A stretch of DNA of 64,000 bases from Welwitschia mirabilis. Taxonomy: Eukaryota. Below the pieces are notes generated by a model. It searched no databases, was not told the DNA's origin, and saw nothing but the letters and a program-made list of their open reading frames with translations. Where the stretch lies: contig JBOZIK010000001.1 of the NCBI GenBank assembly GCA_051453625.1, forward strand, positions 5,142,784-5,206,783. Reading direction: 5' to 3'. The position numbers and the translations under genes were made by a program. Below, piece by piece: positions 12,715 to 26,500 of this stretch (the first letter of the stretch is position 1; each line of letters opens with the position of its first letter).

Positions 12715-14119
12715 TATTAACCAAATCCTAGTTTTAATGATTTTACTTATCAAATATAGTGTGATTAACATGTAGATAGGGCATTGAAGATACCTCTAAG
12801 ATTTTTAGAATACTCAGATTTTAAACAAGAATTACCATCTAGCCAAATTTAATGTTTAACGTAATTAATAGGTTATACACACAAAGCTCAAGATCATTAA
12901 AGATTTGGTCAAAATTCATGAAGGTTTGATAAAGTTAACCAAATATTTCTATAGAATCAAAAATTATATTTAAATACATCTACATGAGAAAAGACATCTC
13001 GACTAAATCTAAAGTTCAAATATAATAAAGATGTCTCTCTTAATAAAGAAATCTATATTAAATGATTTGATGAAAGACATCTATAACTATGATGACATCT
13101 ATGCTAAACTAAAATAGGTGATACAAGATAGTTATGCTAATAAGATAATAAAGATGAATTATTTATTTTCTTGTGATCTAGACAAGCTTTACATAATGAA
13201 TTAATTATTAATATACATAAGTCAGAGATACAATAGTTCAAAGCTCATTAAAATATAGGTAAGTTAACTAAAGATGTCTTTCATGTTGAAGAAGCTCATG
13301 TATGACAGACGTCTATCATAGTAAAAACATCTATCCTAAAAAATTTATGTAAAATGAAATAGCCATTAAATAACTAAAACTAACTATTTATATCTATTAG
13401 GCTATGTTTAAAATAATTTAAATGATTATCTCATTAAGGTAAAGATTAAGAATACTTTATCAGTATAAAAGGCACAAAGAATGAAGATTGAAGGTTTACT
13501 TGAATGATTGATTAAAACTATAAAAGTGGAAATCTTTTTTATTTGATGAAAAGGCTTTAACTAAGAAATTATATGATCTCTAGCACATCTATGACTATAA
13601 CTCTAACATTATATCTTTGTGGGTGACTTCATCAAGGAGAACTCAAGCAAATATCGTTATGACATCATTTAACAGTTATTTATTCCTTCATTATAGATTT
13701 GATACTTCATTGTAGGACTAATTAATTATTGAATCTCTTATATTTTAGTCTACAAGATTTTGTATATCTCTTTTCTAGGATCTCTCACTTAGGGATTCTA
13801 ATGTGTAAGATGACCCTTGTACAGGTATGCTATTTGTAATTGATTAATTGCCTAAGAGTATTTTTAGATATAGATTTGTTATAATCCCTAAGAAAAAGAA
13901 AGTATTACCTTTATAAGAGCATCTAATTTGAGTGTAAGATTGGTGGTGCTCTAAAACCACTATTTTATAGATTAACATCACTCTCTGTATGTGGACATAC
14001 CCAGGTTGGAAAACCATATAAATTGGTAAGGTCTTCCTTGTAAATTATATTTGATTATTTGTTACAATTTTATTTGGTCAAAATAATTTAATCCTTTTCT
14101 TTGAGTTTAATGATCCTTA
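12715..14119 (+). repeat. 5' LTR of the Sirevirus-like Copia
   Basis: Aligns along its length with 22154-23568. Start TG decayed to TA. TATAAAA at 13464-13470. Confidence 0.9.
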
Positions 14120-14121
14120 AG

Positions 14122-14133
14122 TGGTATTAGAGT
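14122..14133 (+). promoter_or_regulatory. Primer-binding site for initiator tRNA-Met (decayed TGGTATCAGAGC)
   Basis: tggtattagagt, 2 nt after the LTR end. Confidence 0.88.
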
Positions 14134-14171
14134 GGATACTCATAAAATGGAGTAATGTACTTGAATAAACT

Positions 14172-17100
14172 ATGGAAGGGATTCCGTCTGTTAGACCTCG
14201 GCTCTTCAATGAGACAAACTATGCCTATTGAAAGATGAGGATGTGAGTGTACTTATAGTCTTTTAAGTTTCAAGTTTGGCAAAGCATATAAGATGGATAT
14301 ATTGAGCCTATAAAAACCATCATAGATTCTATAGATAATTAACTCACTCAAATGAAGCGGAGAAGGGACTAGAAAGATAAAGATAAGGTAGCTTTCATAT
14401 ATTATTTAAAGGCAAAAAATACTCTTTACTTATCCCTTACTTTGAAAGGGTTTCATCAGATAGCCAGATGCAAACCTACAAAAGAGATATGAAATGTTTT
14501 GAGGTAAACATATGAAGGAACATTAGTTATCAATAATTAAAGCTCTTACTTTGAACAAATCAGTTTGAAAATTTAAATATGAATAATAGAAAAAAAGTGC
14601 ATGAATACTTCACAAGGGTCAACAACATTGTGAATTCCATTAATAGAATTGGTAGAGATTTTTAAGAATCTAAAGTGATTCAAAATTGATCATATTATTA
14701 ACTCCAAAATACAAGCCCAAAACACTAGTAATGAAATGATTAATAAATTTCAATACCATGAAAATTTAAGAATTGCAAAGTTTCTTAATAGCCTATGAGA
14801 TGAATCTAATTTAAGATAGTGCTATAAAAGAGAAGTCTATTACACTTAAGATAAGTTAGAGCTCAAGATAAGAATCTAAATAAAAAGTAAAATAAGCATT
14901 AAATACAGATTATTTAAAAAAAGATTTTGATGAAGAGGTTGCATTAATCACAGGGCATGTATAAAATCTTTTTTCATGAAGGAACGATAGTAAGAAGAAT
15001 TACAAAAATCCATTAGGATTTCAAGCCAAAGGTAAGTCTAGAATAAATATTTTTTTTAGTTCTTATTTTTCTTCTAAGATGATATATCTAAATTAAAATG
15101 TTAGGTTTGTGGAGGACAAGGATATATAGCCTTAAAATGTCCTGGCTTTAACTGATTATAAGAAAAAGGATAAAAGAAAGAACACAAGAAGAAGAAATCA
15201 TTTTTTATAGGTAGGAATGAATATGAAAATTCCAAAAAAGTAGAAACTTTACACAATGAAAGAACTCATTCATCTTACATGTCCATCATTCATAACCTTA
15301 GTGACAATGAAGAGGAAGAAATTAAACAAGGATTAGAAAGTGAAGATGAAACATGTATGGGACTTAAAGAAAGCTATAAATTAATTTCTGAAGAGTTTAT
15401 TAACTTGTAAAATATTTTTTCAAGGATGAAAATTTCCTATAATCATGAATTAGCATCTAAACAAGAAAAAGTCTTTTATAATAATTTATTAGCTAAAAAA
15501 TCAAATTTTAAAGCTAAGATAAGTAAAACATGTGAGTTAAAGAATGTTAGATAGGAACTTGCTATTGTTAAGAATATCAATGCAAAATTCACCCAAGAAA
15601 ATGAGACTTTGAAAATCATGCTTGGATAATGCAGAAGTGCAAATAATAAAAGTGTCTCATGATATAATAAATCTTTCAAAAATACTTCAACATAATTATT
15701 TAACAAATGAAACTATAATCTAAGGTATGAGTAAGCTTACATAAATAATATTAATTATTACTAATATTACAAATATGATCATTATTAATTTAAGTTTCTA
15801 TTCAATTTTAGTAGTAAATACTATGCTAATAGTGCCAAGATGCCAAGGAGAATGGTACAACATTTTACGTAGGCAAAACTAAAAAAGGTATGAATTCCTA
15901 AATTAAGCCTAGTACTATTAGCTCAGATTACATTACATGTTATGAAGAGACATTTCTGATATGTTGATAGTGAATTCTATAGACATATGACTAATGACAA
16001 ACTAAGTTTTATTTTCTAATTTGAGTAAGACAAAGGTGTGATTACCTTTGGTAATAATACAGAAGCACTAATTAAATGTATTAGAACCATTGTAGGAGGT
16101 AATCCATCTAAAGTAAAAGATGTATTTTATGTTGAAGTTTTACAACATAATATACTTAGTATTAGTTAATTATGTAATGAAAGTTTCTCTATAACTTTTA
16201 TTAAAGATGTTCATCTCATAAAAAAATACAATTCAAAAAAGGTTCTATTCGTTGGACTTAAAAAGTCAAAGGTGTATGTTACTACTTTGTGAGATATTTC
16301 TAACAAAGGTACCAATTATTTCCTAAGCACTACAGGTGATTCAAATATGTGGCATAAAAAATTTAAACATGTGAACAAGAACCTACTAAAAAGTATATCC
16401 TTAAAAAACATCGTAAGAGAACTTTCAAAATTACTAAATTTCAATGACCAGATTTATCAAGCATGTTAAAAGGGAGAGAAAACAATGATAAGAGTTGGTA
16501 AGAAGAATTCAATTACTACCGAATGTAAACTAGACCTTTTACATCTTGATATTATTGGTCCATCTCCTACCAAAAGTTTTGATAAGAAAAATTATTATTT
16601 AATTATTGTTAATGATTATTCTTTATTACATGGTTGGCCTTCCTTACACATAAGGATCAGGCATTTGACATTGTTTCTAGTTTATGTATCAGATAAAAAA
16701 TTAGAAAGGATACAAGATTAAAATAACAATGAGTGATAATGATACTAAATTTAAGAATATAAGGTTCAGGGACTTTTGTGAAGAATTTGATATCTTTCTT
16801 CAATTCTCTCCTCCGAAAAGAACACAATAAAAAGGAGTAGCTAAAAGAAATGACTAAGTGCTAAACGAGATGGCAAAAAAATAATACATGATCACTAGAT
16901 TCCTTGTTATTTTTGGATAGAAGCCATTAACACTACTTGCTATGTTTCTAATAGAGTTATAGTAAGATGCTTTAATTATAAAACTTCATATGAGCTCTGA
17001 TGTAGCAAGAAATCCTTAGTGAGTTGTTTTTATGTTTTTGGTTCTAAATGTTTTATTCTAAATGAAAAAGATAAGCTTAGAAAATTTGAATCCAAAGTTT

Positions 17101-18033
17101 ATAATGGTATCTTTCTAGGTTATTCAATGATCAATAAAGCCTATTGAGTATTCAACAAAAGAATATAAGTGGTAGAAAAACCTATTAATGTTAAAATTAA
17201 TGATATCGACTCAACTTCTATTTGTATGCAAGATGAATATGTGCCTATACAACTTGAATAAACTTCTAATAACCCACTAATACAATTATATAGTGAAGAG
17301 GAAAAGAAAGAATAATTTAAAGGGTAAACATTATTAAAAAGATTAGACTAAAAAAAAGTTACTCAACTAGTAATATTATTAGTAGTCCTTATGGAAATTT
17401 ATCAAAAAGAGGTCATACTAATTAGTTTTATGGATTTGTGACTTATATTTCTCAAGTAGAATCCAAAAACTTTAGTGAAGTAGAAAGTGATAAACATTGG
17501 ATGCTAGCAATATAAGAATAGTTAAATGAGTTTGAAAAATATGAAGTCTAGGAACTCATTCCAAGGCCATTAAAGAAACTACTAATAGACACCATATGGG
17601 TTCTCAAGAATAAGATATATGAACATGATAATGTAATCAGAAATAAAGCAAGACTAGTAGAAAAAGAATATAACCAGTAAGAAGAAATCCATTTTTAGAA
17701 GACCTTTATACTAGTAGCATGTATGAAATTAATTAGGATGATTTTAGCCTTTGTATGTGTTAAAAAATTCAATCTCTATTAGATGGATATTAAGAGTTTA
17801 TTTTTAAATGAAGTTATATAAGAAGAGGTATATGTTAAATAACCTAAAGTTTTTAATGATTAACATAAGTTAGATTATGTTTGCAAGTTAAAAAAGGTTT
17901 TATATGGACTTAAGAAAGCATCAAGATCCTGGTCTAAGATACTTTAAAATACTTAATAGAAAATAGATTCAAAATACGTACATGTGATGTTACTTTATTT
18001 ATCAAAAAAGATAATAATAACTTTACTTTTGAG

Positions 18034-18087
<54 letters not shown>

Positions 18088-18367
18088 TATCATCATAGAA
18101 AATGATAAAAATCAAATTAAAAGGGTTAATGATGCCCTTAGTTAAAAAATTAAAATATTGAATTTACACTTGTTAAGCTTCTTTTTAGAATGATAAAGCA
18201 TGAAGAGAGAGAAAAGTATAATTATGCATCAAGAAAAACACACCACCAAACTAGTNNNNNNNNNNNNNNNNNNNNNNNNNNNNNNNNNNNNNNNNNNNNN
18301 NNNNNNNNNNNNNNNNNNNNNNNNNNNNNNNNNNNNNNNNNNNNNNNNNNNNNNNTTTTTTTTTGAT

Positions 18368-18427
<60 letters not shown>

Positions 18428-19320
18428 ATTATCTTTAGTCTATTAATAAATCATACGTAATAAGTTTGTAAAGATTATACAAGATGAATTTGATATGAAC
18501 CTCATGAAAGAAATAAGCAACTTCTTGGGATTATAATTTATGTAACACAAATAACATACATTTGTTTCACAAACTAAATATATCAAAAATCTACTAGCAA
18601 AATATGGCTTATAGAATCATAAAGCAAAAGACAGTCCACAACGATTAACATGGTAAGAAGATTGAGCAAAAGATATGTAGAGGTATGATGGATAGTTTAT
18701 TATATCTTATAATTAGTAGAACAAATATTATATTTATCATAGAGATTGGTGCATGTTATTGGAGTGATACTAGAAAATCACACCCTGCTACCATTAAAAT
18801 AATATTCCGTTATTTAAAAGGTACTACTAATTGGAGCCTTTGGTACTCAAAAGACTTATGCTTTGATCTAGTTGAGTATTATGATGTGGAATAAGCAGAT
18901 TATAAGGATAACCAAAAAAGTACTAGTGGATGTTACCACTTATTGGGATAATTCTCAGTATCATGAACTAGTAAGAAGAAAGACTCAACCCTAAAGCTGA
19001 TTACATTAATGTTGAATGTTGTTATGCCCAAGTGCTCTGAATGAAACAAATGTTGAAGAATTTTGGACTTAAAATGAAAAACATTTTAGTATACTATAAT
19101 TATAAGAGTGCTATCAACATTTTCAAGAATCTTATTTAGCATTCTAAGATAAAACACATTGAAATACTTCCTTAGAGAGCCTATGTAAAATAAAGAAATC
19201 ACTTTGAAATATGTTAAAATAGATGATCAACTCACATATGTATTCATAAAATCATTAAGTGAAGAAAGATTCATCAAGGCATGCTATAACTAGGAATTGA
19301 ATCTTGTTAAATTAAATAAG
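14172..19320 (+). pseudogene. Copia gag-pol pseudogene
   Basis: MEGIPSVRPRLFNETNYAY*KMRM (gag); C*VCGGQGYIALKC knuckle (~15099); *YVDSEFYRHMT protease (~15957); LDLLHLDIIGP integrase (ORF 16485); RT from ~17460; YLKGT (ORF 18685) and KIKHIE (RNase H). Many stops. Confidence 0.92.
18037..18424. repeat. Two (TA)n microsatellites (~18037-18082 and ~18370-18424) flanking a heterologous RT segment and a 100-N gap
   Basis: Seen directly. The gap spans 18256-18355. Confidence 0.95.
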
Positions 19321-20099
19321 TTCACAAGTAACCTCTCTCAAAGCTCAACTTAGCATATTAATTATGATTCTTTTTATAAGTTAAGATATTAGCTATAGAT
19401 TTAAGTTTTATTAGATGATTAGCATTACAATTTTTTTCTTACTTATCTCATTTTTAAGTTATATTATCTAATAATGATGTTAGTGGTAGAAAACCTAAAA
19501 GTTTTTAGGATTATATGCTAGACATCTTTAAAGATGTAGATGATTGAGCTGAATATGTATTTACTGTTATAAATGTTTATTAGAAAGACATATTTAAATG
19601 ATATAGATGTCTTTGGCTGTCAATTGTTATAAAAGTAGAATAAACATCTTTCAAAAGGTAGATGTCTAGTTTTTTAATCATAAATATCTTAAAGTTTGCA
19701 GATATCTTTGCAATCTCTAACTAAGAGTTTAAAATTTTTATTAGTAGATCTCTTTTAAAGTTTTAAAGTATAGTTTTATCATGTTAGATATATTTTAAGG
19801 CATTGACATCTTTAATACTATGTATTTACAATTAAAAAAGTGTGCAAAATGTGGGGTTTCAAGTTCTTTTTATGTAAGAAAGGGATTACAAACCTTATTT
19901 TCACACCTCCACTTAGTAGGTGTCCCTCTTAGTGTACATAAGAAATCCCTCTCTCTTAGCTTTCACTGGATAGATATGTTTGCTTTAAAAGAAGTATTCA
20001 CAGTGAGCAAACATGGGTGGACTTTCTTATATGTGCATATTTTTCTCATTTATGGTTAGTACTTCTTTCAATTTTTAGTTTCTACCATCTATATTTCAC

Positions 20100-21650
20100 A
20101 AACATGATGAAAATAAATCCATCAAAATCATTAGGAGAAAGGAACCTATTTATGAATCCCATAGAACTTAATATAAACATTAATTTTATCATGAATCAGC
20201 TAAGAAAAGGTTTAAGTCTTGGCTTATAAACTCCATTATTACAAGGAAAACTCTTTACTTTTGGAAGAATAAGAAGGATTAGCTTTTAGCATACTTCTCT
20301 TATCTTACTGGGACATGATCATTGAGCTTGAATAAAGTACTCTAAATCCTATGATGAGAGAGTTCTATGCTAATATTCATGAGATAGAAAATTCTACTAG
20401 TAGATTTTAGATGCAAATAAGAAATATCCATCTATTTTTGACATTTATTTTTTTTATTAGTCTACTTGGTATTAATGATTCAAATATTTCTTAGTTATAC
20501 ATGTACTCTTTTAAAGATATATTTATATTTTGATTAGTTAAAGTATCATTATGTAGTTTAAGCACTATTATTTTTTGAAATGAAAAAATGAGATTTTATA
20601 AGTATTTTAAACTGAAATACATGGTGATATATGGCTCTATCTTAAGCTTGGTATCATTTTGTAACATTTTAGTATGAGGCAGTAGCTATAATTAATATAA
20701 TCCCATGTAGACATTTCTAGTGTATTACTTACTTATAGGGATCAAAATTGATCTTGGCATAGTACTATGTACAAATATTATTACTCTGTTTCATAAGGGC
20801 CAAACTTTAAGCCATCCTTATTTGATCAGTCTCATTGTTAGCAGTGCCAACATCACAATCCCTTAAGTCAATTTCATTTAGCTCAAGAAGCTACTTTTAG
20901 AGTTCAATAAAAAGTAGTTGTTCAGAGATCTGAATCTATAGGTTCACATGGTTCTTCATTAGTAAAGAAGAGTCTCCATGAAATCACAAATATGGTTAGA
21001 AAGATTAATAGAAATTTGTTGCGATTGAATAAGCATAGGTCCATAGCTAATAACAATAAGATATCCATTAGTAGTTAGAAATATATGGAGACTTTTACAT
21101 AGGTAGATTTAAGAAGGAGTCATAATTAGAGGAGACCTTAGTTCCTTATGCATAAAATATGATTCTAATAGAGCAGAGGACTCAAGTAAGCCAGTTGCTT
21201 CTGAGATAGAGGAGGAGAAGACACTTAATCAGGGGAATTAGTAGCCTTTGCTATATATTCAAGGGAAGCATCAGCCTCCATTATAAGTTCAAGGAGAGCA
21301 CTAGGTGAATTTATATGACTCAATTAATGAGATTGTCATATTACATATGCCTTACCATAAGCTTTCTATTCACCATCCTACATAGCCACCTGTACCATTA
21401 CATATTCTATCTTCACCATCTATAATCGATTTTGCTAAGATTAACAGAGCTAATTTCTTTGACCCTTAATTTTAGACATATATTCATATGAAGAGGTAAG
21501 ACTCTCAAGGTTATGGTAACTCATCACAGTGGTCATCATAGAAATGTTGTACACCACTGCCTACATCATCTTCATCATACATCATCTAAACTTTCGCTAC
21601 CTAGGATAGTGATGATGATAGTGATGATGCTAGGGATAGAGCTCACTATA
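20100..21650 (+). pseudogene. Decayed extra (env-like) ORF of the Sirevirus-like element
   Basis: Lies between RNase H and the 3' LTR. Motifs MMREFYANIH (20351-20380), LVYYLLIGIKIDLG (~20717) and HPYLISLI (~20813), then a Pro/Ser-rich and acidic tail. Boundaries approximate. Confidence 0.6.
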
Positions 21651-22153
21651 TTTGTAATTATACTCTCAGTTATTACATCTTTTTATGCTATTCAAAATGA
21701 GGGAGAATATAGAAAATCAGTCTAAAGTCCTAGGTGAGTTTGAAGGATGTAGATTTAAGATGCTTGATTGGACTTTCTTGTGGATCTCATCATAGTTGAT
21801 GCTTACTCATAAGATTTAGTGTACAGGATTTAATGTTTTTATTCTCTCTTAATATTTTTTACCTTGTTGTAAATTTTACTCAGGTGTATTTGTTACACAT
21901 TTTTTCATGATTATAATAATCTCTTATTATCATTGACATTTGTTATACTATCTTGTATGCTTGTTTAATGTGTTTTACTTCCCTTGTTACAATTTCCAAT
22001 GCACTCATATACTAATTAGATGTTATCAATTTATTATACTAGTTTGTAATCAAATGTAACTTATTTCTACTTTTATTTTGTATTACATAAAATTATCAAT
22101 TCTTGTACTGATAGAATTTACCAAGTTTTAAACATCATTAAAAAGGGAAAGAT

Positions 22154-23568
22154 TGTTGGCAAAAGCCTAGTTTTGGTTATTTCATTTGTCAAATATAATG
22201 TGACTAATATGTAGATATGGCATTGGAGATATCTCTAAGATTACTACAACATTCAAATTATAAATAAGGATCACCATCTAGTCCAAGTCAAGATCAAAGG
22301 TAATTGATAATTATGCACATGAAGCTTAAGATTAGAGACAATTCAGTTAGAATTCATAAAGGCTAGATAAAGTTCACTAGAGATGTCTATAGGGTCAAAG
22401 ATGTCTATATCAAAGACATCTATAGCAACAAAGACATATAAATAAAATCTAAACCTATAACAAAATAAAGACATCTCTCTTGATAAGATGTCTATACTGA
22501 ATGACCTAATGAAAAATATCTGTAATTGTGAATACATCTATGCTAAATTAAAATAGCTAATAAAAGATAATTATACTAGTAAGATAATAAGGATGAATTA
22601 TTAATTTTTTAAGAATGTGGGCAAGCTTTACATAATGAATTCCTAATGCCTAAGGTCAGAGACACAATATCTCAAAGTTTGTTAAAATCTAGACAAGTTT
22701 TCAAAAGTTTTCCAAAGACATCTTTCATGTTATATATGGATATCTATAAGATACATCTACCATGATAAAGATTCAAGTAAAATAAAATAGCCATTAAATG
22801 ATTAAAAATAATCATTTATAGCTATTGGACTATGTTAAAAATAATTAAAATGATTACCTCATTAGGGTAAACTCAAGAATACTTCATAAGTATAAAAAGC
22901 ACAAAGAATGAAGATGGAAGGGATACTTAAATAATTGATTGAAACTATATAAGCTAAAATCTATTAGAATTGATGAGAAGGGCTTCATCATTGAAGATAT
23001 TATATGATCTCCAGCACATCCATAGTTACAACTCTAACATTAGGTCTTTATAGGTGATTACATCAAGAATAACTCAAGAAACTATCACTGTAACATCATT
23101 TTAGGCTTATTTATTCTTTTATTATAGATTTAGTTCTTCATTTTAGGGCTATCTGATTACTGAATATCTTATCTTCTAGTCCATAAGCTTTTGGATATCT
23201 CTTCTTTAGCATGTCTTACTTAAGGTTTCTAAGGTGTAAGACAAATCTTATATAAGTGTGCTATTTGTGATTAATTAAGTTCCTAAGAGGATTGTTGTAT
23301 ATATATTTGTTATAATACTTAAGAGGAAGAGAATTCTACCTTAAGAGGAATATCACATTTTATTGTAAGTTAATGGTGCATTAAAACCACTATGTTGTAG
23401 GTTAAGGGTATTCAGAGATGTGAAGAAAAACTACCCTCTATATGTGGACATACCCAAGTTGGGGACCCATTAAATTGATAAGGTATTTCTTATGAATTTT
23501 ATTTGTTTATTTATTAAATTTTTTTTTCAAACTCATTCACCCATGCTTTTTGATCTCAACAATCCTAA
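22154..23568 (+). repeat. 3' LTR of the Sirevirus-like Copia
   Basis: Starts tgttggc directly after the PPT, matches the 5' LTR, and is followed by TSD cattc. Confidence 0.9.
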
Positions 23569-23573
23569 CATTC

Positions 23574-26500
23574 ATTATTCAAGTCATTCATTCTTATTAG
23601 TGTTTTTTCTTAATATATTATTCTTTGAAAACTTAAGAAATCTAGTAATGGTTCAAAAGGCTTTTGATCTTTGTTCTTCATATCATTACGATGCTATTTT
23701 AATATCAAGAAAATAATCTTTAGATTTTGATTACATCAAAATACAAAAGATAACTAACAATGTTGTAAGGCTATTTATTTATTTATCAATGAACTAAGAG
23801 ATAATATTTGTAATATTTCTGTAATATTAATTAGTTTGTAAAACTGTTAATAGTTATTATGATACCATTTAAATACTACTTAGATTTTAATAACTTCGGT
23901 TTTCTACAATTATTTATTTTTTATCTTAATAAAAAATTTATTTTCTAAATATATCATCTTTTAAATGTTACTAATATAAAGCATTAGGAGTTTAATTAAC
24001 AAGCATATCCTTGTTAAAATATTCTTACCAAATTCAATAGAATCATCCTTAATAGAGGAGGCTTAATAATTTTTTTGAGAGTTCTTTACATGGGATAAAT
24101 TATTAATAATGATATTAATTTTAGCATCAAATTTAACTCGATCTCTATGTATGTAATGGATGAAGATATATTCAAGAAAATGATCACTGCATCATTTGTA
24201 TTTATAGTTTTTAACTAAAATAACATCTATAGTAGCCCAACACATAAGACTAGATATATAAAATATGAAACATATTACAATATAAAATTTGTTAATAGGA
24301 GGAGTGAAGAATAGAAGTATGAACTCCTTATGGAGAAATTACATAAAATATAATACAACATATGACACAAGGGGGAAAAAGAACTAATAATGTAGAGATT
24401 AAACTAAAACAAAAAGGTGGAAGAGGACCTCACATGAATAATCTCACTTAAAATACTGTAACATTGATAAAAAATAATCTTATAAAATAATTATGTAATT
24501 ATTAAATAATTTTAATCAATAAAACTAATCATAGAGCACCTAATTATTCGTGTCTAACATTAGAAGAATGATGGCAAGTGATAAAGATAACTCACAAGAA
24601 ATACTAGAGATAATTCCTAGTAATAAGCATAAGTGATTTGAATATTGAGTCTAATCATGTGCTACTAATTGAAAAAAATCAAAGTAGGTTCTAATATTTA
24701 TAGCTTATTAGATTAAATAGTTATTAGAGTATCAAGTTGGAAGCATGTAGCATATATAACAAAAGTGGATTCTAATGTTAAGGATTAGTTAGGTTAACTA
24801 ATTGTCTTATCAACACATGGAGAATCAAGAAATAATACTTAAATATGGTTCTTTTGATAGGAAAGTTTTTTTTAATTTAAAATATAAATAATAATATAAA
24901 AAAAGGATGAATGAAAAAAAACAATGGATGCTTTGCTACCTCACTTGCTCTAATACTTATCATAATCTAACAAATGACATGTCTTCAATAATGCTTGAAA
25001 CACATGCTCACCACAGAATGTTATAATTCTTGAAATGATGGAAAACTTTTATATGATATTTACCTCATTGTTATTCGGGTATGTATTTATATGAAAATTC
25101 TAAATATTTTTATTAATGATTCCACCATTGAGTCTTAAGATGTCTTTGCTATGATTTTAAATTATTAAAAACTTATTTGATTCCTTCTAATCATTTAATT
25201 TTTAAGAATTCTCTTCCAAAGGAATTCCATGTTAAATAACAACTTCATCATTCCAAAGGCTCAATATGAGCTAGTCCATGGTATCTTAAGAAAATTTAAA
25301 GTTCAAGAGAAGGATAATCTTATTAAGATAATTACATATTTTAATCACATTTCTAAATAAAGACATTAATACCTTCTTCATCTAATTCCATCATCTCTAA
25401 TGACTGTTAACTTTAGCGACTCTTTTAAGATTATTTCTAGCATATAAAATTGATTCCTTACTTGAGAATAAGATGTCATATTTAAATTCATTCATTTATA
25501 TTTATTTCTTATATTTTACATCAAAAAACTATTTAATTAATTTAATTTTAAAATATCATTCTAATACAAAATTCGATTATGTTGCAACCTCCTAAAAGTC
25601 CTTGTATTAATATTTTATTCAATAAATGATATCATTTATTTAATTAATTAAATAAATGATATCTTTATTTTCATTTTGTTCCTTAATAGATAATATTCAC
25701 CATCTTTCTAAGATTTTTGGCATACCCATTAGAATGTCAAGCATAGTAGAATGTTGTACTCTCATCGGACTAAGAATGCTTTAGGTGTTTATAGGTTTTT
25801 TAACCTAGTTTAGAAAACTTTTTAAACCAATTATTACTTTTAGATCCCATTTTCCTCTTTAGAAAATTACAAATCCTATTAAAGGAATGATAAAGAATGA
25901 GAGGAATCCATATATGTATCTAGGAAGTTGCTTTTATTGCATCTAAGAATGTTTAAAATGCACCTGCAACATTATCTTACATCCTATTAACTAGGGGGGA
26001 AAAAGGAAGTTTTCTGTTAGTTGACTTCTAAAAGATGGCAATCTTTTAGAATTATTGAGATCCATGAATTTAAGATACAAGGATATAAGGAAAATTATTT
26101 TCCATTTGCAAAGTAATGGATATGATCCTTTAATACGAAAGGGTAAGAACATATTATTCTTAAAGTTGTAAAAGAAAATAAGAATAAATAAGATAGAGAA
26201 ATACCACCAATATGAGATTTTTGATTTCCATTTGATAACTGTCAAAATTATAATATTCATCATCTTTTGAATTTTTTATTGAATCCTCAACATCTTAATG
26301 CTTTATCTATTCTTCTTTGATCTAATTAATCATAGGAAATAATAAGATTAGTTTCAAGATAGCAACTTGCTTTTCTAAGTATTTTCTTACATCATTGTTT
26401 TTATGAGAAATCTGAATTTCTTACTAGATACTATTCTTAATAATAAAACCTATGTTCCCTTGTTCAATTATTTTCAAACAAAAATGATTTGAATAATTGA

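Larger units (their letters stand above)
12715..23568 (+). mobile_element. Full-length, decayed Ty1/Copia LTR retrotransposon, Sirevirus (SIRE/Maximus)-like, ~10.85 kb
   Basis: LTRs 12715-14119 and 22154-23568. TSD CATTC at 12710-12714 and 23569-23573. PBS tggtattagag at 14122. PPT aaaagggaaagat before 22154. Domain order gag-PR-IN-RT-RH. Long post-pol region with an extra ORF and a second PPT-like site. attcaccc near the LTR end (~23535). Confidence 0.93.

Noticed and set aside
24290..24559. TGTTA...TAACA 270-bp segment as a small solo LTR
   Set aside because: The flanks aaatt/ttaga are not a TSD, and there is no second copy in the window.
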